A stretch of DNA of 64,000 nt from Candidatus Melainabacteria bacterium 17Bon1m (GCA_032128875.1 JAVLKG010000002.1:768001-832000), one strand, 5' to 3'; shown: positions 19,419 to 30,957, counted from the stretch's first letter. Numbers and translations are program-made. The notes: generated from the letters alone by a model not told the origin.

Positions 19419-21908
19419 GTGAAACGCACAGAGAAACTCTATAACCTTCACGCTCACTGGAGGCGTTTAACTGCGCTTCTGATTTGCTGTACGTTCTTGA
19501 TGCCTCCTTGCTTTGCAATTCAGGCAAGAAAAATTACCAATAAGCTCGAACCGATGCACACAGCGGAAATACTAGGTGTGCGTGCAGAGGTCGAGCGATT
19601 GTTGTATCTGAAGAACAATCCTGGTTCGAACGCAGAAGAGACTATCTATTTGCGAACAATACTGCTGCGACGGATTCTTCGCGGTGTGCTTGAAGTCAGG
19701 CAGTATTGCAATATGCTCGAACTAGAGCGTGCTTATGCCTATGACATTATGCAAAAGGAGCAGAGGAGACAGGCTTTCGTCGGTCAACTATTTACTCTTG
19801 CCAGTTTTTCGCAGCTGGCGACTTTCTATACGATGGAACCATATATGCGAATGCGTGAGCAGTTTGTTACCTCTGCAGTATTTACAACAGTGAGTGGTTC
19901 CTTAAATACCGGAATTTCGACATTGTCGCGCCTTCATGGTTTTGTTGCAAAAGCCAGTAATGTATCACCACCGGCGGTGCTAGGTAATTTAGTAACCGGT
20001 GGTCCGGTAGATACGCGGAGCATGCCGCAATTACTAGATCGATACTTCGATTTTCGTCTGCCTGGAGCAAAAGAATCACGGCGGGACGAACTTTTCGCTC
20101 ACTGGCTCAATCAATATAAAATAGATGCGTCCAATCCGGAAAATCTTTGTACGCTGGCTGGAAAAAAGAAAGCAAGTCTTGGCCTGCTTCGGTCTCGTGT
20201 ACTGCTTTTGTGGTCATTGCGAACAGCTGTTATTCAATTTGACCACGACTTACTTGCTCTTCTCAGATTGATTGGAGAACCAATGGAGGCGGTCCCTACA
20301 GCCGCCAGCGGCTACAGTGGCGACAATAGCGAAGTGGTGAGGTTTCTCGGGATTGGGCCTCACATCGAAGAGTTGAATCGGCTGAAGCAGGGCGGGCAGG
20401 ATACTCAAAGAATCAACGAACTCGAGGTTTTTGTATTGCAAAAAACGCTCGAGGGCACTCTGGAGATTCAAGCTGCAGCTGATAAGGTCGATGAGGATCT
20501 TTACTATAACTATCACATTGTTCTTTCTGATCTTGAAAGCAGCCGCGCGAGGTCATTGCAATTAAACTCTGATGCCAACTTTCTTCAGTCAGGAATTCTG
20601 GGTATTGTTGCAGGGAAGCTCTACTTGAGCAGACATACTTTTGCCGGCGATCAGATGTTTGTTATTTCAGGCAGCAATGGCACGGCACTTACATTGCTTG
20701 CGGCTTTACAGCAACATGGTTTTTGGAGAAAGTCCGACACTGGACCAAATTCACTTGCGCAGCTCCTAAACTTGCATCCACAAGAAGACTATAAATTCTC
20801 CAGCTTTGTCACTCGGCTTCTTAACTCCCCACCACCCGGATCTGTTGACGGAAAGTCTCGACTGGAGCTCCTAAACGAGTCTTGGAGGAAGAGCCATGTC
20901 ACCACTCTTAAGCTTGATTCCTCTAAAAATCAGCGTGCGGTAGCCGCGATGCCACCACACAAGTATGACACCATCAAAATTGTAAAAAACAGAATCAATC
21001 TTCTTCATTCACTAATGAAGGAGCTTGAATCCTTTCAAAACCAAACTCTCTCGGTGCTAAACAGCACAGATGCTAAGGAAATCTCGCCTGCTGTTCATGC
21101 AAACATTGACGATACTGGTTTGAGCAAACATGCATCGGAAGCCGCGAGACTACTTGGAATTGAAGAGCAAGTTAAGCAATTGCTTGCATTGAAAGCGGCG
21201 GGAAAATTGCAAGCCTATGATGATAGTGGTACCAAGTTGCAACTGCAAATTTTGAGAAGAGTTCAAACGACCGGTTTGCAACTGAGGGTTCTTTCTGCTC
21301 AGTTTGATCGCGAGATCATTGCAGAACGCCAAGCCCTCGATCGTGTAACCAGAGAAAGAGATCTCACTGTGGCGCTTCTAAACGATGCCAATTTCTTGCA
21401 GCTCGGGATACTTGCGACAATCATTGATGGCCCTCTGGGCATCACTAAGAAAAAGAAGCTCAATCTCTATGGCGATCGTCTTAATATTGTTTCTGGACTA
21501 ACTGTTGGTGGTCTGGCGGGGTTGTCGCTTGTCGCGCAAAGAGGTGGATTCCGCCATACCAAATCTGGTCCTAATCTCCTCGGACAGACCTTCGGACTAC
21601 CAACTCCAGAATCCGAACAACTTCCTGCTGTCCTCAGCAGTTATATGAATTCTGTTCCTCCCTTAAGCGAGAGCGGGTTGACGAGGCGCGAGCAATTAAT
21701 TTCATACTGGAAATCCACGAAGATTTTACCGATCAGTATCTCGAAACCAGCAACGGTTGAAAGAGTTTCTGGTTATGGTTCTCGGCATCACAGATGGTGC
21801 GAAACGATCAAACTTATGAGCGCCAGAATATCAATGTTGTTTGATCTAAGAGCCATGGTTGATCGATTGAACGTTGGTTTGGTTGAACTCCTCAAGGCAA
21901 TCGATTGA
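19419..21908 (+). CDS. Secreted/membrane hypothetical protein with three tandem homologous domains
   Basis: Signal peptide; repeat units start EILGV, RFLGI and RLLGI; DANFLQ recurs. Confidence 0.75.
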   Translation: MKRTEKLYNLHAHWRRLTALLICCTFLMPPCFAIQARKITNKLEPMHTAEILGVRAEVERLLYLKNNPGSNAEETIYLRTILLRRILRGVLEVRQYCNMLELERAYAYDIMQKEQRRQAFVGQLFTLASFSQLATFYTMEPYMRMREQFVTSAVFTTVSGSLNTGISTLSRLHGFVAKASNVSPPAVLGNLVTGGPVDTRSMPQLLDRYFDFRLPGAKESRRDELFAHWLNQYKIDASNPENLCTLAGKKKASLGLLRSRVLLLWSLRTAVIQFDHDLLALLRLIGEPMEAVPTAASGYSGDNSEVVRFLGIGPHIEELNRLKQGGQDTQRINELEVFVLQKTLEGTLEIQAAADKVDEDLYYNYHIVLSDLESSRARSLQLNSDANFLQSGILGIVAGKLYLSRHTFAGDQMFVISGSNGTALTLLAALQQHGFWRKSDTGPNSLAQLLNLHPQEDYKFSSFVTRLLNSPPPGSVDGKSRLELLNESWRKSHVTTLKLDSSKNQRAVAAMPPHKYDTIKIVKNRINLLHSLMKELESFQNQTLSVLNSTDAKEISPAVHANIDDTGLSKHASEAARLLGIEEQVKQLLALKAAGKLQAYDDSGTKLQLQILRRVQTTGLQLRVLSAQFDREIIAERQALDRVTRERDLTVALLNDANFLQLGILATIIDGPLGITKKKKLNLYGDRLNIVSGLTVGGLAGLSLVAQRGGFRHTKSGPNLLGQTFGLPTPESEQLPAVLSSYMNSVPPLSESGLTRREQLISYWKSTKILPISISKPATVERVSGYGSRHHRWCETIKLMSARISMLFDLRAMVDRLNVGLVELLKAID

Positions 21909-22051
21909 ACAGAAGCTCAAACAGAGTGGAATGATTCACTTTGGGAATAAACAACATACGTCTGTAAAAGGCAGTCGGCAACGAGTTTATGATGGCGTCA
22001 CTCTAATTGACGACTGCAATCCCCCGAAAGACTGATTTCAAGGAAAGATTT

Positions 22052-23350
22052 ATGCACAAACGCGATGTGAATGTTATCCGCAACTTGAGAAAAACTGTTT
22101 TTGCGATGGCATTGTCGGTCTCGCTGGTGGCAGCTACCGGTGCGATGGCATTCGATCAGCACAAACATCTTACTGTAGCCGGCAATGATATAAGTTGTTC
22201 TGACAAAATACTGCAACGCATTTCAGATCATCCGTGCAAGTTGCCAGATGGAAGCTTCTACGCGCCTGCCACACTAAGCACCATGCAATGGGGTTTTTTG
22301 CCGAACAAAAACTCAAAACCTATCCTGTCAGTGCCTTCGGACAGCGTAGTTACTTTTGATAACTTGTCTTCGGAAGGGATGGTTGAAGATCAGGGGCGAG
22401 ACCCTGTTAAGTTTTTCGGCAAGTTTGGTGTGGCAGAATCTGATGTACTCAAAGATGCAGTGGAGATTTGTGCCTCAAATGTCGAACACAATATGGTGAC
22501 GGATGGTCCTCACATAATCATTGGTCCAATTGCGGTTGATGGTGCACAGCCCGGAGATGTACTCAAAGTAGAGATGATTTCCATGGAACCGAGAGTGCCT
22601 TACGGCATAGTGGGAAATCGACATGGGAAAGGGGCGCTGCCAGGAGAGTATCCACAAAACGATGGTCCAAAGCCAGGTGCGAATAAAGAGCACCCAGAAC
22701 TCTTCGGAAGCGTGTTCTCGTTTATTCCAATAAAGTCGATTACCGGCAAAATGTTTGGCACTCTGAAGACCACATCAGGGAATGAAATACGTTTCCCAAT
22801 ACAACCATTCATGGGCACCATGGGAGTGGCTCCAAACACTGCGGAAAAAGTCAGCTCTATTCCGCCATCGTCATTTGGAGGAAACTTAGACCTCAAGGAT
22901 TTGACTGTTGGCTCTTCGCTGTATTTACCGATCCAAGTTGAAGGCGGAATGTTTTTCATGGGTGACCCGCATTTCAATCAAGGTGATGGTGAGGTCGCGC
23001 TAACTGCTCTGGAAGCATCACTCAGAACCAAGGTGAAGCTGAAGCTTCTCAAGGCAGGCGATCCTAATATCCCAATCAAAGATATGAAAGATCCCTTTGC
23101 TGAGACGCCCGATTACTGGATGCCTATTGGTTTAGACTCAGATCTCGATACTGCACTGAAGAAGACAGTTCGCACCGCTATCAAATTTTTGTCTGAGAAG
23201 ATGAAGATGGACAACGCGACTGCGCTGTCGTACTTAAGTGCTGCCACGGACTTTGAAATCACTCAGGTTGTAGATGAAACAAAAGGAGTGCACGCGCACA
23301 TAAGTAAGAGAGATTTCGAAGACGTGACAAAGCTCGAAGAAAAACGTTGA
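22052..23350 (+). CDS. Acetamidase/formamidase family protein with signal peptide
   Basis: GPIAVDGAQPGDVL, PFMGTMGVAP, GGNLD, GDPHFNQGDGEVALTALE. Confidence 0.9.
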   Translation: MHKRDVNVIRNLRKTVFAMALSVSLVAATGAMAFDQHKHLTVAGNDISCSDKILQRISDHPCKLPDGSFYAPATLSTMQWGFLPNKNSKPILSVPSDSVVTFDNLSSEGMVEDQGRDPVKFFGKFGVAESDVLKDAVEICASNVEHNMVTDGPHIIIGPIAVDGAQPGDVLKVEMISMEPRVPYGIVGNRHGKGALPGEYPQNDGPKPGANKEHPELFGSVFSFIPIKSITGKMFGTLKTTSGNEIRFPIQPFMGTMGVAPNTAEKVSSIPPSSFGGNLDLKDLTVGSSLYLPIQVEGGMFFMGDPHFNQGDGEVALTALEASLRTKVKLKLLKAGDPNIPIKDMKDPFAETPDYWMPIGLDSDLDTALKKTVRTAIKFLSEKMKMDNATALSYLSAATDFEITQVVDETKGVHAHISKRDFEDVTKLEEKR

Positions 23351-23456
23351 AGCAGAGATAGAGATTTGTCTCCATCGTAGAAGTAGACGACACCAACCAA
23401 TCCCCTAAGTGCTCACACTTTTGGGAGACTAACTCCGTTCGATATTCTTTGTCTTT

Positions 23457-24773
23457 CTATGCTGTGACAGAAGCTTTGCGGCTTTCGATGGGCACGTAGG
23501 CGCGCTCGTCAGGACCGGTGTAAATCTGTCTTGGGCGTGCGATCTTTTGACTTTCGTCAGTGATCATTTCTTCCCACTGTGCTAGCCAGCCGGGCATGCG
23601 ACCAAGTGCAAAAAGCACGGTGAAGTAATCGGTCGGATAGCCCATTGCTTGATAGATCAAGCCGGAATAGAAGTCTACGTTAGGATAGAGTTTGCGTGAG
23701 ATGAAGTAGTCTTCTTCCAATGCGATGCGCTCCAACTCAAGCGCAATTTCGAGTTTTGGATTGAGACCGGTCTGCTCGAACACTTCATAAGCGACTTTCT
23801 TGATCAACTTCGCGCGCGGGTCGTATGACTTGTAGACGCGATGTCCGAAGCCCATGAGACGCCCCTTGCCTTCTTTGACTCTGTTCAAGAAATCAGGAAT
23901 ATTTTTCTTCGAGCCGATTTCATCGAGCATTTTGATTACGGCTTCATTAGCGCCACCATGCAGTGGACCATAGAGAGCGGCAATACCTGCGGAAACAGAA
24001 GAGAATAGATCTACGTGTGAAGAACCAACGGCGCGCACCGCACTGGTGGAGCAGTTCTGTTCGTGATCAGCATGCAGTATCAATAGAATTTCGAGAGCTC
24101 GTTGCAGCACTTTATTTGGTTTGTGCTGACCGCCGATGCTGAAAGTCATGTTGACGAAATTGCCTACATAATCAAGATCGTTGTCCGGGAAAACGAATGG
24201 AAGTCCGCGTGAATGGCGGAATGCGAATGCTGCAATTGTAGGAGCTTTCGCCAGGAGACGAACTCGTTGCAGAAAGCGGTTATCCGGATCTTTTATGTTC
24301 TTCGCTTCTGGGTAGAACGTGGAGAGTGCGCTAACAGCACCAAGCAACATGCCCATGGGATGCGCGTCGTAACGGAATCCTTCGAGGAACTTGGTGATGT
24401 TGGTGTGAACATAAGTGTGATACTTGATCAGCTCTGTCCATTGATCGAGCTGCTGTTGATCAGGCAACTCACCTTTGTTGAGCAGATAAGCAATTTCAAG
24501 AAAAGAAGACTTTTCAGCCAATTGCTCGATCGGATAACCGCGGTATCGCAAGATGCCTTTGTCGCCATCGATAAATGTGATGGCGCTGCGGCAGGCGGCA
24601 GTGCTCATGAAGGATGGGTCGTAGGTCATCAGACCGAAATCATCCTCAGCTGTTTTGATTTGTCTGAGGTCGTTCGCTCGGATTGTATTGTCGGTAATCG
24701 GTAACTCGTATTTCTTACCCGTACGATTGTCCGTAATCGTCAGTGTTTCGTTAGACACAGTCAGCTCCTCCAA
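23457..24773 (-). CDS. gltA: Citrate synthase (type II)
   Basis: LRYRGYPIEQL, HADHEQNCST, GPLHGGANE, GFGHRVYK, YPNVDFYSG. Confidence 0.97.
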   Translation of the reverse strand: MEELTVSNETLTITDNRTGKKYELPITDNTIRANDLRQIKTAEDDFGLMTYDPSFMSTAACRSAITFIDGDKGILRYRGYPIEQLAEKSSFLEIAYLLNKGELPDQQQLDQWTELIKYHTYVHTNITKFLEGFRYDAHPMGMLLGAVSALSTFYPEAKNIKDPDNRFLQRVRLLAKAPTIAAFAFRHSRGLPFVFPDNDLDYVGNFVNMTFSIGGQHKPNKVLQRALEILLILHADHEQNCSTSAVRAVGSSHVDLFSSVSAGIAALYGPLHGGANEAVIKMLDEIGSKKNIPDFLNRVKEGKGRLMGFGHRVYKSYDPRAKLIKKVAYEVFEQTGLNPKLEIALELERIALEEDYFISRKLYPNVDFYSGLIYQAMGYPTDYFTVLFALGRMPGWLAQWEEMITDESQKIARPRQIYTGPDERAYVPIESRKASVTA

Positions 24774-24844
24774 ATGACGCCGAATAATCTAGGGCATCGA
24801 TACTTCGTTTAAGTAAAACCTTCAATTGCATTGACCTGAGACTA

Positions 24845-26698
24845 TTAGCTTCTGTCCCGGACGAGGCTCAGGTTGAGCATCTCTCTGATGAGCATCAGCT
24901 CCCGTGGCATTCGTTCGTTCATTCGTTCGAACAATTCATCATGAGATTCCAATTCCCGATGCCACAGTTCTTTGTCGATGTGCATCAACTCGTCAAACTG
25001 TTCTTGGCTAAAATTCTCGATTCCAGTCCAGTCGATGTCCTTATGACGTGGCATGAATCCAAGGAAGGTCTGTGCCGCGCCAGCTTTGCCATGAACGCGA
25101 TCCGAAATCCACTTCAGAACACGCATGTTCTCGCCAAAACCTGGCCAAATGATTTTGCCTTTGTCATCGGTGCGGAACCAATTTACGCAGAAGACGCGCG
25201 GTGGGTTTTGCACCATGTGTCCCATTCTGAGCCAATGATCGAAGTAATCACCCATGTGATAACCGCAGAATGGCAACATAGCCATCGGGTCGCGACGTAC
25301 TTCGCCTACTTTGCCGACCGCGGCTGCGGTGGTTTCAGAACCCATCGTTGCCGCCATGTAAACGCCGAAATCCCAATTGATCGATTGGAATGTCAGAGGA
25401 ATTACTGACGGACGACGTCCACCGAAAACGAATGCACTGATTGGAACTCCTTCCAGGTTGTCCCACTGATCATCCAGTGATGGGCACTGGTCAATCGGCA
25501 CGGTGAAGCGGCTGTTTGGATGAGCTGCTTTTCTACCGCAGTCCGGAGTCCAATTCCGGCCTTGCCAGTCAATCAACTCCGCTGGCGGTTCATCGGTGAG
25601 ACCTTCCCACCAGACGTCACCGTCCGGCGTGAGGGCGACGTTTGTAAAGATGCAATTTTTGCCCAGCGTGGCAAGAGCATTCGGATTTGTTTTTGCCGAC
25701 GTGCCTGGTGCTACGCCAAAGAAGCCTGCTTCAGGATTGATCGCATAGAACTTACCATCTTTGCCCGGTCTGATCCAGGCAATGTCATCGCCAACAGTCG
25801 TGACTTCCCACCCTTTGAAACTGTTCGGGGGGATGAGCATGGCGAAGTTCGTCTTGCCACAAGCGCTTGGGAAGGCAGCGGCTACGTAGCATTTTTCGCC
25901 AGTGGGGGATTTAACGCCCAAAATAAGCATGTGCTCTGCCAGCCATCCTTCTTTTCTTCCAAGGGATGAAGCGATGCGCAAGGCGAGGCACTTCTTGCCG
26001 AGCAGGGCATTGCCGCCATAACCCGAGCCGTAGGACCAAATCTCTTTGGTTTCTGGGAAGTGGCAGATGTACTTGTGTTCTGGATTGCACGGCCAGGCGA
26101 CATCTTTCTCGCCCGGGTCCAGCGGGTGACCGACGCTGTGCATGCAAGGTACAAAGGAGCCATCCTTGTCCAGAATCTCAACGACCTTCTTGCCCATGCG
26201 TGTCATGTGTTTCATATTGACAGCGACATAAGGTGAATCGGTAATCTCTACGCCGATTTGAGCAAGAGGTGAGCCGAGCGGTCCCATGCTGAAAGGCACG
26301 ACGTACATAGTGCGCCCGCGCATCGAACCCTTGAAAAAGTCCTTCAATATGATCTTGGCTGTTTCGGGCTCCATCCAATTATTGTTCGGTCCCGAGTCTT
26401 CCTTGCGAGTAGTGCAGACGAAGGTTCTGTCTTCGACACGGGCAACATCAGAGGGGGCGGAGCGGGCGAGGTAGCTGTTTGGACGTAGCTTCTCATTCAG
26501 GCGGATGAAAGTACCGGCGTCTACCATCTCTTGGCAAAGGCGGTTGTACTCTTCGTCACTGCCGTCACACCAATAAACACGGTCTGGTTGGCACAGCGCC
26601 ACAGCCGCGTTGACCCAATCAAGCAATTTTTGATGTTTGACTGGATAACCGGGTTCTGTAGGGGCGGATTTCTTGCTAACCGAGTCGACAGCTGTCAT
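24845..26698 (-). CDS. pckG: Phosphoenolpyruvate carboxykinase (GTP)
   Basis: [44 protein letters not shown]. Confidence 0.97.
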   Translation of the reverse strand: MTAVDSVSKKSAPTEPGYPVKHQKLLDWVNAAVALCQPDRVYWCDGSDEEYNRLCQEMVDAGTFIRLNEKLRPNSYLARSAPSDVARVEDRTFVCTTRKEDSGPNNNWMEPETAKIILKDFFKGSMRGRTMYVVPFSMGPLGSPLAQIGVEITDSPYVAVNMKHMTRMGKKVVEILDKDGSFVPCMHSVGHPLDPGEKDVAWPCNPEHKYICHFPETKEIWSYGSGYGGNALLGKKCLALRIASSLGRKEGWLAEHMLILGVKSPTGEKCYVAAAFPSACGKTNFAMLIPPNSFKGWEVTTVGDDIAWIRPGKDGKFYAINPEAGFFGVAPGTSAKTNPNALATLGKNCIFTNVALTPDGDVWWEGLTDEPPAELIDWQGRNWTPDCGRKAAHPNSRFTVPIDQCPSLDDQWDNLEGVPISAFVFGGRRPSVIPLTFQSINWDFGVYMAATMGSETTAAAVGKVGEVRRDPMAMLPFCGYHMGDYFDHWLRMGHMVQNPPRVFCVNWFRTDDKGKIIWPGFGENMRVLKWISDRVHGKAGAAQTFLGFMPRHKDIDWTGIENFSQEQFDELMHIDKELWHRELESHDELFERMNERMPRELMLIREMLNLSLVRDRS

Positions 26699-26945
26699 GT
26701 TTCTGCTCCTTTTAATGAAGGAACACGATCTTACTATGCCGAGGGCGTTTAGCCGGTATCGGCAAGGGTTTTTTCAAAATTTGGGATTCGGTACTTCCAA
26801 AGCGAAATGGCCACTCTTGCGGACCCGATTTGCAACACCCCGATTTGGAGGTTTTGTTCCCTGAGCATTCTGACGGAGAAAAAGTGTGCTCCAAGCATGT
26901 TGAAGGAAAAAGTGAATATTGCCAAAACCGAGTCAGGCGAGATAA

Positions 26946-28886
26946 CTACTCTGCCTGCGCGCCTTCTGATTTGGAAACATCCGCCTGCGTTACTTGAGAT
27001 TTGTCCTCAGTCGTCTTCGCGGATGCTTCCTGCGTTTGCTGCATGCCTTTTACTACACCGTCCATCCAGCCGAGCACCCCAAGGGTCAAATCGTCTTTGA
27101 ATTGTCCAGCTTCAAAAATCAGATGCTCTGTGTTTCCTATGATCACAATACTTTTGTTTGGTGTTGAAAGCGCATCAAATAAATCCAGTGTTCCACTTTC
27201 TTTCACCAATTTGTCATTGTGACCTTGAAACAAAATCACAGGCTTTTGCGCGATTTTCTTCGCGGCGTCGAAATTTTCATTCATGAATTTGTTGAACTGA
27301 AGAAGCTCTTCGGCCGAAAGATTCAACCGCGCGAATGGATCGTTAAGCCATTCGTTTCGCAGCGCCTCACTGCCGGTCGCCTGATGTACAACCGACTTTC
27401 CAACCGCAATTGGTTTGGTTTTGTCAAGCAAAAGCTCGGTCCCAACTTTTAGTGCGGTGCCGATTGTCTTATGGCGAGCTCCGGACGGAACAGAGCAAAT
27501 CAACCCATCCACTATGTCTGGTGCTTCTGACACTACGCGCAGTGCAATAGCGCCGCCCATAGATTCGCCCAGGATGAATAAAGGATATTTAGCATAGTCG
27601 GCGCGCAACTTCGCCGTTACTTGTTTTAGATCCTGCACGCACTCGTTTAGAGAGACTTTCTCCAAACCACTGGCGTCCACATAGGTTCCAAAACCGCGTA
27701 CATCAAATGCAACGGTGATTACGCCTTCTCTAGCTACGCGCTTTGCAAATGATTCAAAAGACTTGTGGTGCAAACCAAGACCATGAACACAGACGAGTAC
27801 AAACCTTGTCGGAACATCCGGGTCCATCCAGACATATCCGGGAGCCTCAGACTGCTTAAATTGTCTGCGCCATGGGGTGAAGATCATTGCTGGCGCAAGC
27901 GTGACCTTTGAAGCGTACGAACTGTTTTTGCCATCAATCGGATCTGGTGGCACTACTCCGGCGACTGCACCAAAAACACCAGCATTAATTCGTTGCACCA
28001 CATCTGGTGCAACTTTTCCGTTTTTCTCTTTTACGTAATCGGCGAAAATACGTTTTGCATTGGTATCGCGAAAAATGTAAATCGCTCGCTCATAGCACTT
28101 CTTAGCTTCGTCAGTTCTCTTTAGTTTTTCCAGCGCAAGCGACATTTGCAGAATCGCCCAGCCTGCATCAATGTCATCGGGTCCATAGAAGTGACGACAA
28201 AATCGATAAAGCTCATCGTAGTATTTCAAGCTCGCCTGATAATCACCTTGATGCCACTTGACCCCAGCCATGCCTGCCAGCGCGATTCTGGCAATGATGC
28301 TCATATCGGCTGGAATGAGCTTATCCAGGGTTTGCTGATAGAGCTGTTCTGCTTCTTTTAATTCCCCTTTTCCAAACTTGCCCTCGGCCATGCCAAGCTT
28401 GATCATTGAAGTTGTATAGGATTTACCGTTATTCAACTTGTCGGCTTTGGCGCTCAACTTGTATGTTTCATCGTGGTTTTTGCGGTAATAGCAAGCAGCA
28501 AGATCCATCAATGAATCTGAATCTTCTCGTGACTTCACAAGTTCTTCAAAAATTTGTTTGCCCTTCGCAGCCGTCTTTGGTGATTGAAGATAGATAACTG
28601 CTAAATCACGAAGTCGCCCTTGATCTTTCGGATTAGCCTTCACCTCAGCTTCCAGAGTTTTCAGTTCGTAGTCGCTGTAAGTTCTCGGTCTAGCGTCATT
28701 GTTTGAATTGGAAGAAACGGAACCTGCTTGAGAGTTTGTCTGCGAAACTTCAGTTTGAGACTTTACACTTGAGTCTTCAGCCGAGTCATCGCTGGTTTGA
28801 GCCAACGAGTAGGATGAGTTGAAAACTGAGCTCAAAAACGAAATCGCACAGCAGACGACGAAACTGTTGCGTGTGTGAATGTTCAT
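26946..28886 (-). CDS. Secreted TPR plus alpha/beta hydrolase (lysophospholipase-like)
   Basis: Signal peptide, TPR-like helices, VHGLG, DVRGFG, nucleophile elbow GESMGG. Confidence 0.85.
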   Translation of the reverse strand: MNIHTRNSFVVCCAISFLSSVFNSSYSLAQTSDDSAEDSSVKSQTEVSQTNSQAGSVSSNSNNDARPRTYSDYELKTLEAEVKANPKDQGRLRDLAVIYLQSPKTAAKGKQIFEELVKSREDSDSLMDLAACYYRKNHDETYKLSAKADKLNNGKSYTTSMIKLGMAEGKFGKGELKEAEQLYQQTLDKLIPADMSIIARIALAGMAGVKWHQGDYQASLKYYDELYRFCRHFYGPDDIDAGWAILQMSLALEKLKRTDEAKKCYERAIYIFRDTNAKRIFADYVKEKNGKVAPDVVQRINAGVFGAVAGVVPPDPIDGKNSSYASKVTLAPAMIFTPWRRQFKQSEAPGYVWMDPDVPTRFVLVCVHGLGLHHKSFESFAKRVAREGVITVAFDVRGFGTYVDASGLEKVSLNECVQDLKQVTAKLRADYAKYPLFILGESMGGAIALRVVSEAPDIVDGLICSVPSGARHKTIGTALKVGTELLLDKTKPIAVGKSVVHQATGSEALRNEWLNDPFARLNLSAEELLQFNKFMNENFDAAKKIAQKPVILFQGHNDKLVKESGTLDLFDALSTPNKSIVIIGNTEHLIFEAGQFKDDLTLGVLGWMDGVVKGMQQTQEASAKTTEDKSQVTQADVSKSEGAQAE

Positions 28887-29150
28887 CGCTAGTCTCCCTA
28901 AGGCTTGCTGAGTGCTCGTCTAAGGACTATCACCGTCTGGTCATGACCTTGCGGCTCCCTGTATACCATAAAGAGCGTCAGGCCGGCTTTGGGTTCAAAA
29001 TTAAAAGCTGGCTTCTGGAAGTAGGAATCTATCGTTCACGAAAGTCTGGGCGTGAACAAAGCAGTCCCAATAATCGACTATTTCCCTCCCTACTTCGCCT
29101 AATTTTCAGGGCGCTGTCAGTAGATGCAATACCCCCCCTGAGAGGCGAAT

Positions 29151-29726
29151 ATGAAAGTACTTAGCACCGCGATTTTTTTGATTTGTGCATTGTTTTTTTG
29201 CATGCAGGCACGCCCTGTTTCAGGCTTTGAAATAGCGCGTAACGCCTACCAGGCTGAGTACAAACTCACTAGCAGCGTGGGCACGAGCCAGCACCTTTTG
29301 GCATTTGACGGCAATGGGCATGGTCGCTCTGAAATAGGTGGAAATGGCACCAAGAACGTCTCGATTATCGATTACAACCAAAGGAAAGTTCTTATTTTGA
29401 TGGCTGGCATGAAGTCTGCAATGACCATTCCTCTCACTGATGCACAGTTGTCTGCCATGGGATCAATTACCGAGAAAATGAAAGCAGGAGCTAAGCCGCT
29501 CGGATTCAAAACAATTGCAGGGCACCCATGCACCGGCACGCGATACAACCTGGAAGGCGGTGCCGTGGAAGAACTCTGGAACGGCAATGACATTGGGGGC
29601 GTGCGAGTTTATAGCAAGGTCATCGCGCCTGGAGCGGGAGTAAGTGAGGCTCTCCTTGTCAAATTCAACCCATCAGCCCCCCCGGCAAGCCTTTTCACCA
29701 TTCCGGCTGGCTACTCAGTCAACTAA
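29151..29726 (+). CDS. Secreted protein, DUF4412-like
   Basis: Signal peptide; KTIAGHPCTG and PPASLFTIPAGY. Confidence 0.65.
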   Translation: MKVLSTAIFLICALFFCMQARPVSGFEIARNAYQAEYKLTSSVGTSQHLLAFDGNGHGRSEIGGNGTKNVSIIDYNQRKVLILMAGMKSAMTIPLTDAQLSAMGSITEKMKAGAKPLGFKTIAGHPCTGTRYNLEGGAVEELWNGNDIGGVRVYSKVIAPGAGVSEALLVKFNPSAPPASLFTIPAGYSVN

Positions 29727-29736
29727 GGAAGCACAA

Positions 29737-30582
29737 ATGAATTTCGCAAACCATACTTCAAAGATTCTCTTACTGTCACTCTCAGTCGCTGTGCTATCTG
29801 GATGCAGTTTTAACGAAGAAGGTGTACTAAAGAACAGAATAACTGTGCTTGAAGCAGAAAACAGAGCGCTTAAGCGCGAGTTGGAAACGGAGCGACAAAA
29901 GGTGATAGCGGACAGAAGTCCTAGCTCTGATGCATCCGTTTTCACAGATTTAGGAAGTGCTCCCACTGCAGATATGATTTCTGAGCTAGCGCGTCTTAAC
30001 GTTTTTTCTGGTGAGGGTAGTACTTTCAGACCCGGTCAAACTATAACTCGTGCCGAGTATTGCCACTGGCTTTTCAATGCCTATAATGCGCTTGTGCCAG
30101 AGGAAAAACAGATCAGATTCAATCCTTCTGCACCACAAACATTCTCAGATTGTCCGCCTGAGCATCCGCTCTATAAGTATGTCCAAGCTTTAGCAGGCGC
30201 CGGCTATTCAATAGGATACGAAGACGATACATTCCACCCGGATCAGTCGCTAACCAGAGAAGAGATGCTCGGAATCAAGTTAGGTGTCGACGTTGGAAAG
30301 AAGTTGGATCCGTGGCGTTCGCAAATGGAGGCAGTATGGAAATTCAGCGATGGCAAAGAAGTCGCTGAGAGATTTACTGGTTATGTTCATCAAGACTTCT
30401 ACGTCTCTGGTCCTCACGGTAGCAACATCCAGAGGGCTTTTGGCAAAATAGGCGCCTTCCATCCGAAGCAAGCAGTATTGCGTGGAGAAGCCGCCGCCAC
30501 TCTGTGGCAATTCGGTCAGTTTGGATTTACTCAGCCCACAACTGCCGCAGCATCAATAAAGCTCAAAGCAGAGCATTCCTAA
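29737..30582 (+). CDS. S-layer homology (SLH) domain lipoprotein
   Basis: Lipobox LSGC; SLH motifs FRPGQTITRAE, GYEDDTFHPDQSLTREE, FHPKQAVLRGEAA. Confidence 0.85.
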   Translation: MNFANHTSKILLLSLSVAVLSGCSFNEEGVLKNRITVLEAENRALKRELETERQKVIADRSPSSDASVFTDLGSAPTADMISELARLNVFSGEGSTFRPGQTITRAEYCHWLFNAYNALVPEEKQIRFNPSAPQTFSDCPPEHPLYKYVQALAGAGYSIGYEDDTFHPDQSLTREEMLGIKLGVDVGKKLDPWRSQMEAVWKFSDGKEVAERFTGYVHQDFYVSGPHGSNIQRAFGKIGAFHPKQAVLRGEAAATLWQFGQFGFTQPTTAAASIKLKAEHS

Positions 30583-30600
30583 TCATCGTCGGTAATTTCG

Positions 30601-30890
30601 CGGTGGCGAGACAGGAGAATTTCCACGAACAAACGAAGCGATCTTCAGGCTTGGCTTTATAATGTTGCCGATCACGGACGCGAAAAGAAACATACGGCGA
30701 ACCGCGCCTGCGACCAAATGAATGCGGTAATCAATTACGGTACACGTAAAGACCTGAAGCGATGAATGCTCGATTGACGCAGGACTCGGTCAGGCAAGCG
30801 CTGATCTTGACTCAAGCTGCTTTGGCGAATCCGAAAGAGATGTTCAAAAACACTGACAATGTTATCCCTCTGGACGGGGCTGGCGCCTAG
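30601..30890 (+). pseudogene. Internally deleted tyrosine recombinase/phage integrase remnant
   Basis: Fragment 1 (30601-30765): RWRDRRISTNKRSDLQAWLYNVADHGREKKHTANRACDQMNAVINYG, like an integrase core-binding domain. Fragment 2 (30762-30890): NARLTQDSVRQAL...NVIPL, like an integrase C-terminal YARL...NVVPL tail. Confidence 0.6.
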
Positions 30891-30957
30891 ATTGTCGCCT
30901 TACGACAGTGTGGAAATCACGCTATTCATGGAAAGGCGCTTGTTATAAGCTCTTATT

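Noticed and set aside
24213-26752. Long antisense ORFs over gltA and pckG
   Set aside because: They are antisense shadows of conserved, codon-biased genes and have no motifs.
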